From contig MFVE01000002.1 of assembly GCA_001785985.1 (NCBI GenBank), positions 28,600 to 92,599 on the forward strand: a stretch of 64,000 nt of DNA. The letters are read 5' to 3'. Made by a program: the position numbers and the translations under genes. The notes beneath the pieces are model-generated. The model made no database searches. It was given only the letters and a program-made list of their open reading frames with translations, and was not told the origin of the DNA. Shown piece by piece: positions 46,362 to 54,755 of this stretch. Positions within the stretch are counted from its first letter, which is position 1. Every line of letters starts with the position of its first letter. Origin of the DNA: Candidatus Nomurabacteria bacterium RIFCSPLOWO2_01_FULL_42_17. Lineage in GTDB: Bacteria > Patescibacteriota > Minisyncoccia > Phycocordibacterales > UBA9973.

Positions 46362-49300
46362 TTACTTAACTATAGAAAACACTCCGCTTTCCGCAAAAAT
46401 AGCTGGCTTCGCGCTATCTGCAACTCTAATTTTATAATTTCCTAGAGGGAAATTTTTGGGAATTATCCAGGCCACAGCTCCATCTGGAGTTTTCTGGATA
46501 TAACCTTTGTTTATGACAAGTTTAGAAACGCCATCTTTATAAACACTTATTTTCGTGCTTTTTACATTCTTTGCATTCCATGATATCGGCACACTGCTAC
46601 CCAACTTGTAAGATCCGCCGCTAGGAGGAGCATTAACTACAATTTTACCTAACGGTGCAATCGTTATTTTTAGAACATTGCTCCACTTACTGTTAAAGGC
46701 GCCGACTTTCAAATTGTAGGTGCCCATCGGTACAGTTGCTGGTATTTTAACTGAAATTGTTTTGCCGTCAGCGCTTGAAATAGAGAGAAGCTCATATACC
46801 TTCTTTTTATCTTTTATGTCTATGAGCTGGACACTGTTGGCTTCCTTGGTAAAACCTGAGCCAGAAATAACCAGGTAAAGGGCATCTTCGCTTGATGCTC
46901 CAGTGCTTGAGCCAGCCGCTATACCTTTCGAGCTATCCTCCAAGGACAGGAGCGCGCTCGCGGGTAATGACAACGAATCCCAAATACTCGAAATTGCAGC
47001 CATCAAAGAAGGTAGTGAAGAGGTAGCATTGGGTTGAGACTGTAGTTGGATTGTTTTTATTTTCGGCGGATTGCCAAGTTCCGGAAGACCTTCTTTAATC
47101 GTATCGGATTTAGCAAGGCACTCAGGCCAATATTTCTGGGCATTAGCCTTTGTCGTCGGCTCGCCTTTGATTGCGGCGACAATGTATCCGTAAGAGATGC
47201 AGTTGAATTTAAGCGGGTTATTCTCATTCATCAGGCCATCCTGACTGGGCCTATAAAAATTAAGGCCAAACTTAGACTTTAAATATCCACATCCTTCAAA
47301 TCCAGTGCCAGCCGCTGTGGCTCCGCCATATATTCGATTATCAAGACTACTTCGAAAATCAATAAATGGCACTAGACTGCAATTTCTAGGGTTAGACTCC
47401 CAACCACCCCAAAAGGTACTAGGCGTGTCGGCAATTTTATATTCATCACGCAAATCGCCAATGACGTGACCAACTTCATGCATAGCGGTATTCAATCTTT
47501 CTCCAGAAACAAATGCCATTTTGAGAGTCGGCAGAGCCCATGCAAGATGAAGATTTCTAAAATTTTCTGCAAAAGAGAATATATGGACTGAATTCTGAGC
47601 AACCATGTCGGCGCAGGCAGATTCTTCTTTTAAGGATGATTCAAAGACCCCTAAGGTTGAGTCCAAGAAACCATCAGTGCCAAAATAATTTTTCCCTCCA
47701 TAAACATAAGTAGAAAAAGCCGAGTCGTCAAAATTTTGTAAATCTACGAAAAAAGAAAACTGGCTCAAATAATCCTTGAAGGGACTAATCGTTCCGAAGC
47801 CTTGTTTGACAATAGGATTTACAGTGGAGGTAAAATAATCAGACGGTGTTTTTTCAATACTCTTTCCTTTCATAAACACAAATTGTCTCGGGCCGGTTCC
47901 TGAAATCTTGGCGCAATTGTTGACTGAGACCTCATTGCTATATCCTGAAATACTACCATCAGGAAATGTAGCATATACTCTATATGATTCATCAGGAAAA
48001 TCAACGGGGGAAGTATTAAAATTATCCAAAAAAGGATAAACTGTTGCTCCCGGTAGTTTCTCCCACTCACCATTGCCATGCTTTCTCTGCACTGTAAAGC
48101 CAAGCTCATTTGTCGAATTATCTTGCCACTTCAACTCGACGCCAGCTTTGGTCCGATCTAAAATAACTTTAGCCGTCAAATTTGATGGGTCAGGACTTAG
48201 TGTTTTCGCTGAGACTGTATTCGAATAATCAGAATAACCAGTAGCGCCGAGCGAGGCGCGGACGCGGTAGGCATATGAGGTATTTCCCGTTAATCCAGAG
48301 TCGGCATAAGAAGATTTGTTTGGAGCTAATATATCAATCGGGCCAAACGGGCCAAATTCTCCTTTCTTTTCTGTTTCGGTGGCGCGTTCTATCTGGAAGT
48401 TTGTTTCATTAGAGGAGTTATCCTTCCAAGAAAGATTGATCTTATCAAATGCCGCAACTTTGGCAGTGAGATTAGAGGGCGGATTGGAAATGATAGGACT
48501 AGCAAGCACTCGGACTTCGTCTAGAGTGAATAAGCCCCGTCGCGTGATACTGGTACCCGTTGCCTGCTTGGAACATTTATGAGGAGGAACATTGTCTGGA
48601 CTGAAAACACCTGGCCCAGTCAAGACCATAGTAGACTCCTCTCTATTTGGAGAGGCACTATCGCAAATCACCTGAATTGAATCATTGGTTTTGAGCTTTA
48701 CATAATTGATACAGCCATTAAGTTTTTTTTCACTGAAAAAATATTGCGCCTGATTATTAATTTTATAAATCGGCACTTCCAATTCGGGATAAGAACTATT
48801 CATCGGTCGCTCTCCGCCGCTTTTACTGAAAGAACAGCTCGAGGATTCGCCCTCATTTATTCCCATATAGCCAATTATTTCTTGAGTCGGGATTAACTTC
48901 ACTATACCAGAATGAAAATTCCATTTATCATAATCAGAATCAGAACGGCTTTGGCTATATCTGGAGGCACAATCGCTATTGGGAAAATCTTTGCCCGTAA
49001 ATGTTCCTGGACCCTTTAAAACAGGTCCGAGATAGTCTACCGCCTGTCCCTCGGAGTTAATTTTGTAGCAAATTAATTGTAGTTGGTCGTTAGTATCGAG
49101 TTTAAAATAGTCTAAGCAATTATTGTACTTGGTTTTCGAATTGCTATATTGATTTTGGTTGTATATTTTATATATAGGCAATTTTGAAACAAACTTCCCA
49201 GTATTTTGGTCCTGAAGTAGACATCCTGTTGTGTCGTCATCATCTACTCCCATATAACCGATGATTTCTGGAGTCGATGATACAACTTGAGCCGTCTGGC

Positions 49301-49406
49301 CCTCTGGCGAGAGAGACTGATTCTCAATCAAAAGAATTACACTAACAAACCCGATAACAATAATAGCAACGACAATAGCTACATTCAAGTATGATCTTAC
49401 ATTCAT
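46362..49406 (-). CDS. Large membrane-anchored protein: FN3 repeats, zinc metallopeptidase (M64-like), C-terminal Ig-like domains
   Basis: N-terminal TM; W.DNS.NE..F twice; HEVGHVIGDLRDEY. Confidence 0.75.
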   Translation of the reverse strand: MNVRSYLNVAIVVAIIVIGFVSVILLIENQSLSPEGQTAQVVSSTPEIIGYMGVDDDDTTGCLLQDQNTGKFVSKLPIYKIYNQNQYSNSKTKYNNCLDYFKLDTNDQLQLICYKINSEGQAVDYLGPVLKGPGTFTGKDFPNSDCASRYSQSRSDSDYDKWNFHSGIVKLIPTQEIIGYMGINEGESSSCSFSKSGGERPMNSSYPELEVPIYKINNQAQYFFSEKKLNGCINYVKLKTNDSIQVICDSASPNREESTMVLTGPGVFSPDNVPPHKCSKQATGTSITRRGLFTLDEVRVLASPIISNPPSNLTAKVAAFDKINLSWKDNSSNETNFQIERATETEKKGEFGPFGPIDILAPNKSSYADSGLTGNTSYAYRVRASLGATGYSDYSNTVSAKTLSPDPSNLTAKVILDRTKAGVELKWQDNSTNELGFTVQRKHGNGEWEKLPGATVYPFLDNFNTSPVDFPDESYRVYATFPDGSISGYSNEVSVNNCAKISGTGPRQFVFMKGKSIEKTPSDYFTSTVNPIVKQGFGTISPFKDYLSQFSFFVDLQNFDDSAFSTYVYGGKNYFGTDGFLDSTLGVFESSLKEESACADMVAQNSVHIFSFAENFRNLHLAWALPTLKMAFVSGERLNTAMHEVGHVIGDLRDEYKIADTPSTFWGGWESNPRNCSLVPFIDFRSSLDNRIYGGATAAGTGFEGCGYLKSKFGLNFYRPSQDGLMNENNPLKFNCISYGYIVAAIKGEPTTKANAQKYWPECLAKSDTIKEGLPELGNPPKIKTIQLQSQPNATSSLPSLMAAISSIWDSLSLPASALLSLEDSSKGIAAGSSTGASSEDALYLVISGSGFTKEANSVQLIDIKDKKKVYELLSISSADGKTISVKIPATVPMGTYNLKVGAFNSKWSNVLKITIAPLGKIVVNAPPSGGSYKLGSSVPISWNAKNVKSTKISVYKDGVSKLVINKGYIQKTPDGAVAWIIPKNFPLGNYKIRVADSAKPAIFAESGVFSIVK

Positions 49407-49489
49407 ATTTTTATGATATTATTTTAATACTATAATTCTACAATAGAATTTCTTTTTTAACAACAAGGAATCCTTATATGTATAGGCGG

Positions 49490-49562
49490 AGCCGATGGAC
49501 AGGATTGAACTGTCGACCCTCGCTTTACGAAAGCGATGCTCTACCAACTGAGCTACATCGGC
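49490..49562 (-). tRNA. tRNA-Thr(CGU)
   Basis: GCCGATG/CATCGGC, TCGCT-TTCGTAA-AGCGA. Confidence 0.93.
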
Positions 49563-49637
49563 TGGAGCCGTTGGTGGGGATCGGACCCACGGTCTCGATA
49601 TTACCAATATCGTGCTTTACCACTAAGCTACAACGGC
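49563..49637 (-). tRNA. tRNA-Thr(GGU) with encoded CCA
   Basis: GCCGTTG/CAACGGC, CGATA-TTGGTAA-TATCG; T loop reads TCCGATC. Confidence 0.92.
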
Positions 49638-49804
49638 ATACAGACATACTAATTTAAATTAGCTTATTTTGCAAAATTAGCTTTTGACTCGCTCGACTCA
49701 ATGTACGAAGTTAGAACTCAATTTAGTGCATTAAATGATACACCAATATACATTCCTACATTATTATCATACTAAAAACATCTTCCCTTCTTTATCCTCT
49801 TGAA

Positions 49805-50203
49805 TTAGGTCAGCAAGTATTCTTGGATTTTAAATGAAAGATACCCAAGCAAACCAAGCTGAATGGCTGGGGTCAATCCCACTGAAAGAAATGGAATAAT
49901 TGGCATATAAACATTGTAAGACCATCTATTTGTTTGTAGAGCCCACCATTCAATATTTATAGCAACGATAAATCCGAGAGGAATGATAATCCAACTTTGT
50001 TTTTTAAATGAAGGAAAAAAAATAAAAGGTAAACACAAAACAACTATAATAATTGCATCAACCAAGGTAGCTCTTAAAAGAATAAATTCTGTAATTTTGC
50101 CACCAATATAATTATCATATAGGAATGAATGGAGATTCTCCCAAATTACATTCAAAATAAAAGCAACAAAAAAAATTAGAAATACTTTTCTAAATATATT
50201 CAT
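49805..50203 (-). CDS. Four-TM membrane protein
   Basis: LNVIWE..H..LY, IEWWAL..RWSY..MP, VGLTP..Q. Confidence 0.7.
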   Translation of the reverse strand: MNIFRKVFLIFFVAFILNVIWENLHSFLYDNYIGGKITEFILLRATLVDAIIIVVLCLPFIFFPSFKKQSWIIIPLGFIVAINIEWWALQTNRWSYNVYMPIIPFLSVGLTPAIQLGLLGYLSFKIQEYLLT

Positions 50204-50370
50204 AAAAAAATAATACCACAGTTCTACATCCAATCAGTAGCAAACAAAAAGAACCATATTTCTATGGCTCTTTTTCAATGCGCGGACTAGTGGACGAAGT
50301 TGGAACTGAATTTGAGAGGAGAAACGATAGCGGTATCTTATTCCTATGTTCTATTCCACCCCAAGACTCA

Positions 50371-51213
50371 CTATTTATTCCCCTCGCTAATTTTGAGAAC
50401 AAAACTGTGCACCAGACGATTCAAGTTTCCCAGCCTTTCGGCTATTGGTATGACCTTGTCCTTATATTTTATTTCCATTTCTAAGTATGTCTTCCTTAGA
50501 GCCTGTCTTTTCTTATTTTTATCACCATGAAAATCGTCTTGGGACATCACCTGTTGATATTCGGCCGAGGAGATAATCAGCTTTTTGACTTCATCCGTTC
50601 TTAGCACAATAAAGTCAAGAAGAGAATTCCATTTGCTCTCGAGATCTGTCCGTCCGAGATCATGCAATAAATACATAACTCTACCAGATTCAATTTCCAA
50701 ATATTTTACTGAATCTCCAGTAGTATCATTCCCAAAAGGAACTTGAGTGTTGGTAAGAGAATTACCTGTTATTGTATTAATAAATTTTCGTGTATAATTA
50801 AACGTGGTCACTGTTTCTTCAACATTAAATTCTTTAGGATAAACACCGGCATCAATCAGCTTTTGAATTTCGATCTTCTTTTCCTCTGCTGTTTTACTCA
50901 TATGATCAGGAATCTCACCCAATGCTTCAATATTACCTGCTCGATAAGCCTCGATTAGCCTGTGGCACAAGTTAGATTCAACTTCAAATCCAGTCAACCC
51001 ATTCAATAAAACCGAGTGAGACTCGCTTGTCCTAGGAACACATGTATTCAATTTTTCTGGAGGTAATGCCCTTGCCGCATCTGCAACTGTAAGTAGCTCA
51101 ATTTTCACTTCAAAGAGTGTCTTATCAAACTTCTCAAATTCCTGAACATTACCTTTTTCAGGAATTATAACTTCTTTAACTCGAACATCCTCGGTTGGTT
51201 CAATTTCCTTCAT
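50371..51213 (-). CDS. Hypothetical protein
   Basis: 280-aa ORF with own promoter TTGACG-N17-CATACT. Confidence 0.65.
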   Translation of the reverse strand: MKEIEPTEDVRVKEVIIPEKGNVQEFEKFDKTLFEVKIELLTVADAARALPPEKLNTCVPRTSESHSVLLNGLTGFEVESNLCHRLIEAYRAGNIEALGEIPDHMSKTAEEKKIEIQKLIDAGVYPKEFNVEETVTTFNYTRKFINTITGNSLTNTQVPFGNDTTGDSVKYLEIESGRVMYLLHDLGRTDLESKWNSLLDFIVLRTDEVKKLIISSAEYQQVMSQDDFHGDKNKKRQALRKTYLEMEIKYKDKVIPIAERLGNLNRLVHSFVLKISEGNK

Positions 51214-51322
51214 AACAAAAGTATGTCACTGATTCGAAATCCCGTCAATCGTTGTATTTTCTGCGGCTTAGTGAACGAAGTGGAAACTGCGATACGCAAC
51301 CATAATGGTTATATTTACATAC

Positions 51323-51856
51323 CTACTTTTCATTCGTAAAGGGATATTTTTTATACATCAGAGCAATTTGGTCTGCTAAAGTATCCATACCCATTTTAGC
51401 TCTCCTTATATCAACATTCTCTTCATCTTCAATTGGTTGTGGAATATGTTTCCCTCCCTCTTGAGTAAATTGTGTGCCGTAAATTTGTCCCTGTTTTTGA
51501 TTTACTCTAATTCTATCTTCAAGATAAGCAACATCTCTTCTCGCAACTTCTTGAGACGGAAGTCCTTTCATTAATTCCAGACACATTTTTTGAAATTCAA
51601 CATCAAGGTCTGCGTGCTGAATCAAAAGCCACGCGTTGTGGCTCGCTTCTTTACCAACTTTAGAAATAGTTGGAAAGCCAATTTTTGCAATAATTTCTTT
51701 CATCCTTTCTGTGTTTCTTTTGTCCACTTCATCATCCCAAAAATCTGGCTCAGTCTCACTTCTGTCTCTCATGTCTTGGTCAACATCAGTCATGCTCTGA
51801 AGCTCAGAAGCAATGTCTGGATAATGTATTTTGGGTTGAGAATCTTCTATACTCAT
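51323..51856 (-). CDS. DUF6624-like protein
   Basis: DQDMR, AWLLIQHAD..FQ, AYLEDR, Q.YGTQ, RRAKMG. Confidence 0.8.
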   Translation of the reverse strand: MSIEDSQPKIHYPDIASELQSMTDVDQDMRDRSETEPDFWDDEVDKRNTERMKEIIAKIGFPTISKVGKEASHNAWLLIQHADLDVEFQKMCLELMKGLPSQEVARRDVAYLEDRIRVNQKQGQIYGTQFTQEGGKHIPQPIEDEENVDIRRAKMGMDTLADQIALMYKKYPFTNEK

Positions 51857-51941
51857 ATTTTTATTGTTTTACGCTAATCTTTTATAAAACGAACTTCATC
51901 AGAGTCAAAAGTATACCAAGTTAGAACTACAATCCATAACG

Positions 51942-52931
51942 CTAAGCGCGATTCTCTTCCCACCTTTTCTGGACTTTGCCCTTAAAATAATCCTTCAAAT
52001 TCATCGTGCCCTCCATATTTTTGTAATTTTCAGGCTCAAGAAAAGCGCTGATTAAAAGGCGCGCATGCTCCCTTTTAATACTAAAGTATCTAGAAAAAAT
52101 CTCTCCCCATTCGCCTTCAGTAAGCGTTTGTTCCATCTTGAGTGGAGACAGAAAATCACCGTGTTCATTTGAGACGGTAAAGTCTTCCAAAGCTTTTTCC
52201 TCTTTTAGGAACTCATACGCGGCGAGGAAAACATATGCATGATCATCGTCTCGCATATCCATCAATTTCTTGCCATTGGGTGTATCGGGTTTCTCGGTAA
52301 CAGCAAAAAACCCCCGTAAGTCTTCCGGGGCAACTGGGAAAAAACCTTTTTCGTTCCCAAACTTTATCCCATGACGCATGAGAACAATTTTTTCTCTGTC
52401 TGGACCTATGATTGAAGGGTCCGGGTCGGGAGAATTATATCTTCCGTCTTTGCCAATTGCCGTTTTAAGCGCTTCGTCAAAGGCTTGCTCCGAAACAAAG
52501 CTTCTAAGCAACGTATAGAGTATCCTGCTTGTTCGGCCATTGCCGTCATTAAAAAGATGCACCTCATTGATCATGGCTGGAAGGAGGTATGCTCTATCCT
52601 CCAAAGAAAGGCCTCCCAAGGATTCATACGCCTCCCTCAACAAAATCTCTTTGTCTTCATGTCGTGGTACCGCAGAAGTGCTCATTCCTTCAAGGCGGAC
52701 TCTCTCGCCATCGGTCCTCCTTTCATGTATTGGTATATCTCGTGCAATACCGTTGATACGAACCAAAAAGTCCTTAAACTTTTCAAAAGAAAATTGGTTT
52801 GCGGCTTCAGGAGAGGCAAGAAGATGCTGAGTATATTCATACGCACCGATGCGGCGCAATAAATCTACAACTTTGCCCGACTGCTGTTCGCGCAAGGAAT
52901 TTTCGTCAATTGTCTGAGGCATTTCATTCAT
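51942..52931 (-). CDS. Fic-domain protein
   Basis: HLFNDGNGRTSR Fic motif; start set at MNEMP, just downstream of TATACT. Confidence 0.88.
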   Translation of the reverse strand: MNEMPQTIDENSLREQQSGKVVDLLRRIGAYEYTQHLLASPEAANQFSFEKFKDFLVRINGIARDIPIHERRTDGERVRLEGMSTSAVPRHEDKEILLREAYESLGGLSLEDRAYLLPAMINEVHLFNDGNGRTSRILYTLLRSFVSEQAFDEALKTAIGKDGRYNSPDPDPSIIGPDREKIVLMRHGIKFGNEKGFFPVAPEDLRGFFAVTEKPDTPNGKKLMDMRDDDHAYVFLAAYEFLKEEKALEDFTVSNEHGDFLSPLKMEQTLTEGEWGEIFSRYFSIKREHARLLISAFLEPENYKNMEGTMNLKDYFKGKVQKRWEENRA

Positions 52932-52951
52932 AGCGGAAGTATACCAAACTA

Positions 52952-52987
52952 GAATCAAAAAATCCCCGCGAGGGGATTTTTTGATTC
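52952..52987. terminator. Intrinsic terminator hairpin
   Basis: GAATCAAAAAATCCCC-GCGA-GGGGATTTTTTGATTC. Confidence 0.8.
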
Positions 52988-53098
52988 GCTCGAACCTCTT
53001 CTTGAAATCCAGCCTGGCATTTGGAAACCCTTTCAAACATTACGCTTCGCTACGCGAAGCGCGCCAAAATTTTGCCAAAAATGACCTGAGTTTGATTC

Positions 53099-53120
53099 TT
53101 GCGCGATCGACCGGACTTGA
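53099..53120 (-). repeat. 22-bp duplicate of the tRNA-Asp 3' end (att-like)
   Basis: TTGCGCGATCGACCGGACTTGA identical to 53289-53310. Confidence 0.9.
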
Positions 53121-53291
53121 GGGTCAAGTTTCTAAGTCGCTACGCTCCTAAGAACTTCCTCCCCGGGCTCGCCTGTCGCCATGCGACAAGGCTCCGCCTG
53201 TTCAAACCGGACGCAAGCAAAGCAGTTTGCTTGCTTACGCTCGCGCTAGAATTAAAAATGACTTAGCAGAAGCTAAGCCATTTTTAATTTG

Positions 53292-53577
53292 CGCGATCGA
53301 CCGGACTTGAACCGGCAACCTCGTCCGTGCACTTATCCAATATTTTCATAAAGGCGTGGACTATATCTTCACCATAAGTTTTACCTTTTAGGTGCTTTGG
53401 TATCTAGTCTCTACGGCGCCCCCGACCTTGCATCGGGGTTCCCTCGGTATTCGCATGCTGTGATATTAAATCAAAGTTTAGCCTTCACCGATATCCCAAA
53501 GAGTTTCAATTCGTCCTTTCGACGAAAAGCTGCAGTAATCTACAGGGACGCGCTCTAACCAGTTGAGCTACGACCGC
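53292..53577 (-). tRNA. tRNA-Asp(GUC), split by an intron (exons 53542-53577 and 53292-53329)
   Basis: Joined exons give GCGGTCG/CGATCGC stem, CGTCC-CTGTCAC-GGACG anticodon arm, discriminator G73. Confidence 0.92.
53330..53541 (-). ncRNA. Group I intron (212 nt, no ORF) at tRNA position 35/36
   Basis: 5' exon ends in U; P1 CUGUAG/CUGCAG with U-G pair; core GUAGAGACUA and GAAGAUAUAGUCC; terminal G. Confidence 0.9.
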
Positions 53578-54230
53578 ATTTTTATAAAACTTTCAAACCG
53601 TTCCTTCTTTCTCTTGAGAAACAAGGAACACTTATCATTATACATTATTTTGTATAAAATCAAAGAGTCTTTGATGCTATATTTCAAATCAAACCCTCTT
53701 TCTTTTTGAACCAAAGAACCCCCCAAAACTCCATATTTAAATAAAATTTCTTTTAAAACTACTAAAAATTCTCTGCTCCCTGAAGTAAATGCAGTACTTA
53801 TGGCATAAATTTTATGTATTCTTTGTTTATTCTTAAAACCAACCCATACTCCTCCATCCCCATCAAAATAACCTCGTAAAAAATCAGGAAAATACTTTTT
53901 TGGTATTTCCGGCAACAAAATTGTTTTGCTTTTTCTTTCTGTTAAACCAAGATGCATTAGGTCTTCACACATTTCTTTGCTTCCCACCTGCAAACGGTAA
54001 GATTGCTTTCGATTATTATATTTTTTCTTTTTTGAAATAATATGTTCTGAATTTATGACTTTTTTTATTTCCTCGAGTATTTCTTTATCATTAATTTGCA
54101 AAGACCAAAACCATGTGCCTCTTTTGGTAAAAATAATATTTCCATCCGCATAAATAAATCCCAAAACATATGCCATATCAGTGTTCCACTTTTTAAAAAA
54201 ATTCTTATTAATTTTTTTATATATTGGCAC
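53568..54230 (-). CDS. Free-standing double-motif LAGLIDADG homing endonuclease
   Basis: YVLGFIYADG and FLRGYFDGDG; stop codon lies inside the tRNA-Asp 5' end. Confidence 0.9.
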   Translation of the reverse strand: MPIYKKINKNFFKKWNTDMAYVLGFIYADGNIIFTKRGTWFWSLQINDKEILEEIKKVINSEHIISKKKKYNNRKQSYRLQVGSKEMCEDLMHLGLTERKSKTILLPEIPKKYFPDFLRGYFDGDGGVWVGFKNKQRIHKIYAISTAFTSGSREFLVVLKEILFKYGVLGGSLVQKERGFDLKYSIKDSLILYKIMYNDKCSLFLKRKKERFESFIKMRS

Positions 54231-54294
54231 CTATGTATTATACCCTGTGACAGGACAATATACTAACCAATAATGTGGATAAAATATAACGCTG

Positions 54295-54367
54295 TGTCGG
54301 CGACAGGGATCGAACCTGTGACCTGAGGCTTATGAGTCCTCCGCTCTACCGACTGAGCTACGCCGAC
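54295..54367 (-). tRNA. tRNA with CAU anticodon (elongator Met or Ile2)
   Basis: GTCGGCG/CGCCGAC, GAGGA-CTCATAA-GCCTC, GGTTCGATCC. Confidence 0.88.
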
Positions 54368-54447
54368 ATAGTCGGAGAATAACATATTTAAGCCTTTTTT
54401 CAAACAAATAGTTGCAAAAAGTATATTTTAATGTAGAATATATCAAC

Positions 54448-54750
54448 AGCGGGATAGAGAAGAGGCATCTCGTAAGGCTCAACCAGTATGGGCCCCCTCT
54501 TGGGAAACCTTGAGGTGAGCATTCGCCAAATTCGGAGAAATCCTCTCTTGTAAAAGAAGGACAATTCCGAGCTAAATTTTTCGGCTTATACCGAAAATAA
54601 ATGTGTAGAGACTAGATGGCGGACCCCTTAATCTTTAATTTATTTTAAAGAAAGGAGATGGTATAGTCCAGACCACAAACACTTATGGTAGTGAAAACTA
54701 TAGTGGTAAAGCATAACCTTAAGACGGCCGTTCGATTCGGCCTCCCGCAA
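54448..54750 (+). tRNA. Initiator tRNA-Met(CAU), split by an intron (exons 54448-54479 and 54712-54750)
   Basis: 1:72 mismatch, A11:U24, joined anticodon arm TAAGG-CTCATAA-CCTTA. Confidence 0.9.
54480..54711 (+). ncRNA. Group I intron (232 nt, no ORF) at tRNA position 33/34
   Basis: P1 GGCU/GGCC, P10 UAUG/CAUA, core GUAGAGACUAG and GGUAUAGUCC, terminal G. Confidence 0.9.
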
Positions 54751-54755
54751 CAATA

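Larger units (their letters stand above)
49691..51930 (+). repeat. Four dispersed degenerate repeats (core ACGAAGTTRGAACT) separating single genes
   Basis: Cores at 49705-49718, 50294-50307, 51275-51288, 51915-51928. Confidence 0.7.

Noticed and set aside
49419-49607. 62-aa ORF, and the 60-aa ORF at 23532-23720
   Set aside because: They overlap tRNA-Thr genes and rnpB respectively
50278-50484. Plus-strand 68-aa ORF as a real gene
   Set aside because: Better explained as the att-like repeat running antisense into the neighbouring gene
52932-53036. N-terminal extension of the Fic ORF
   Set aside because: Crosses a terminator hairpin; a -10 box points to the ATG at 52931
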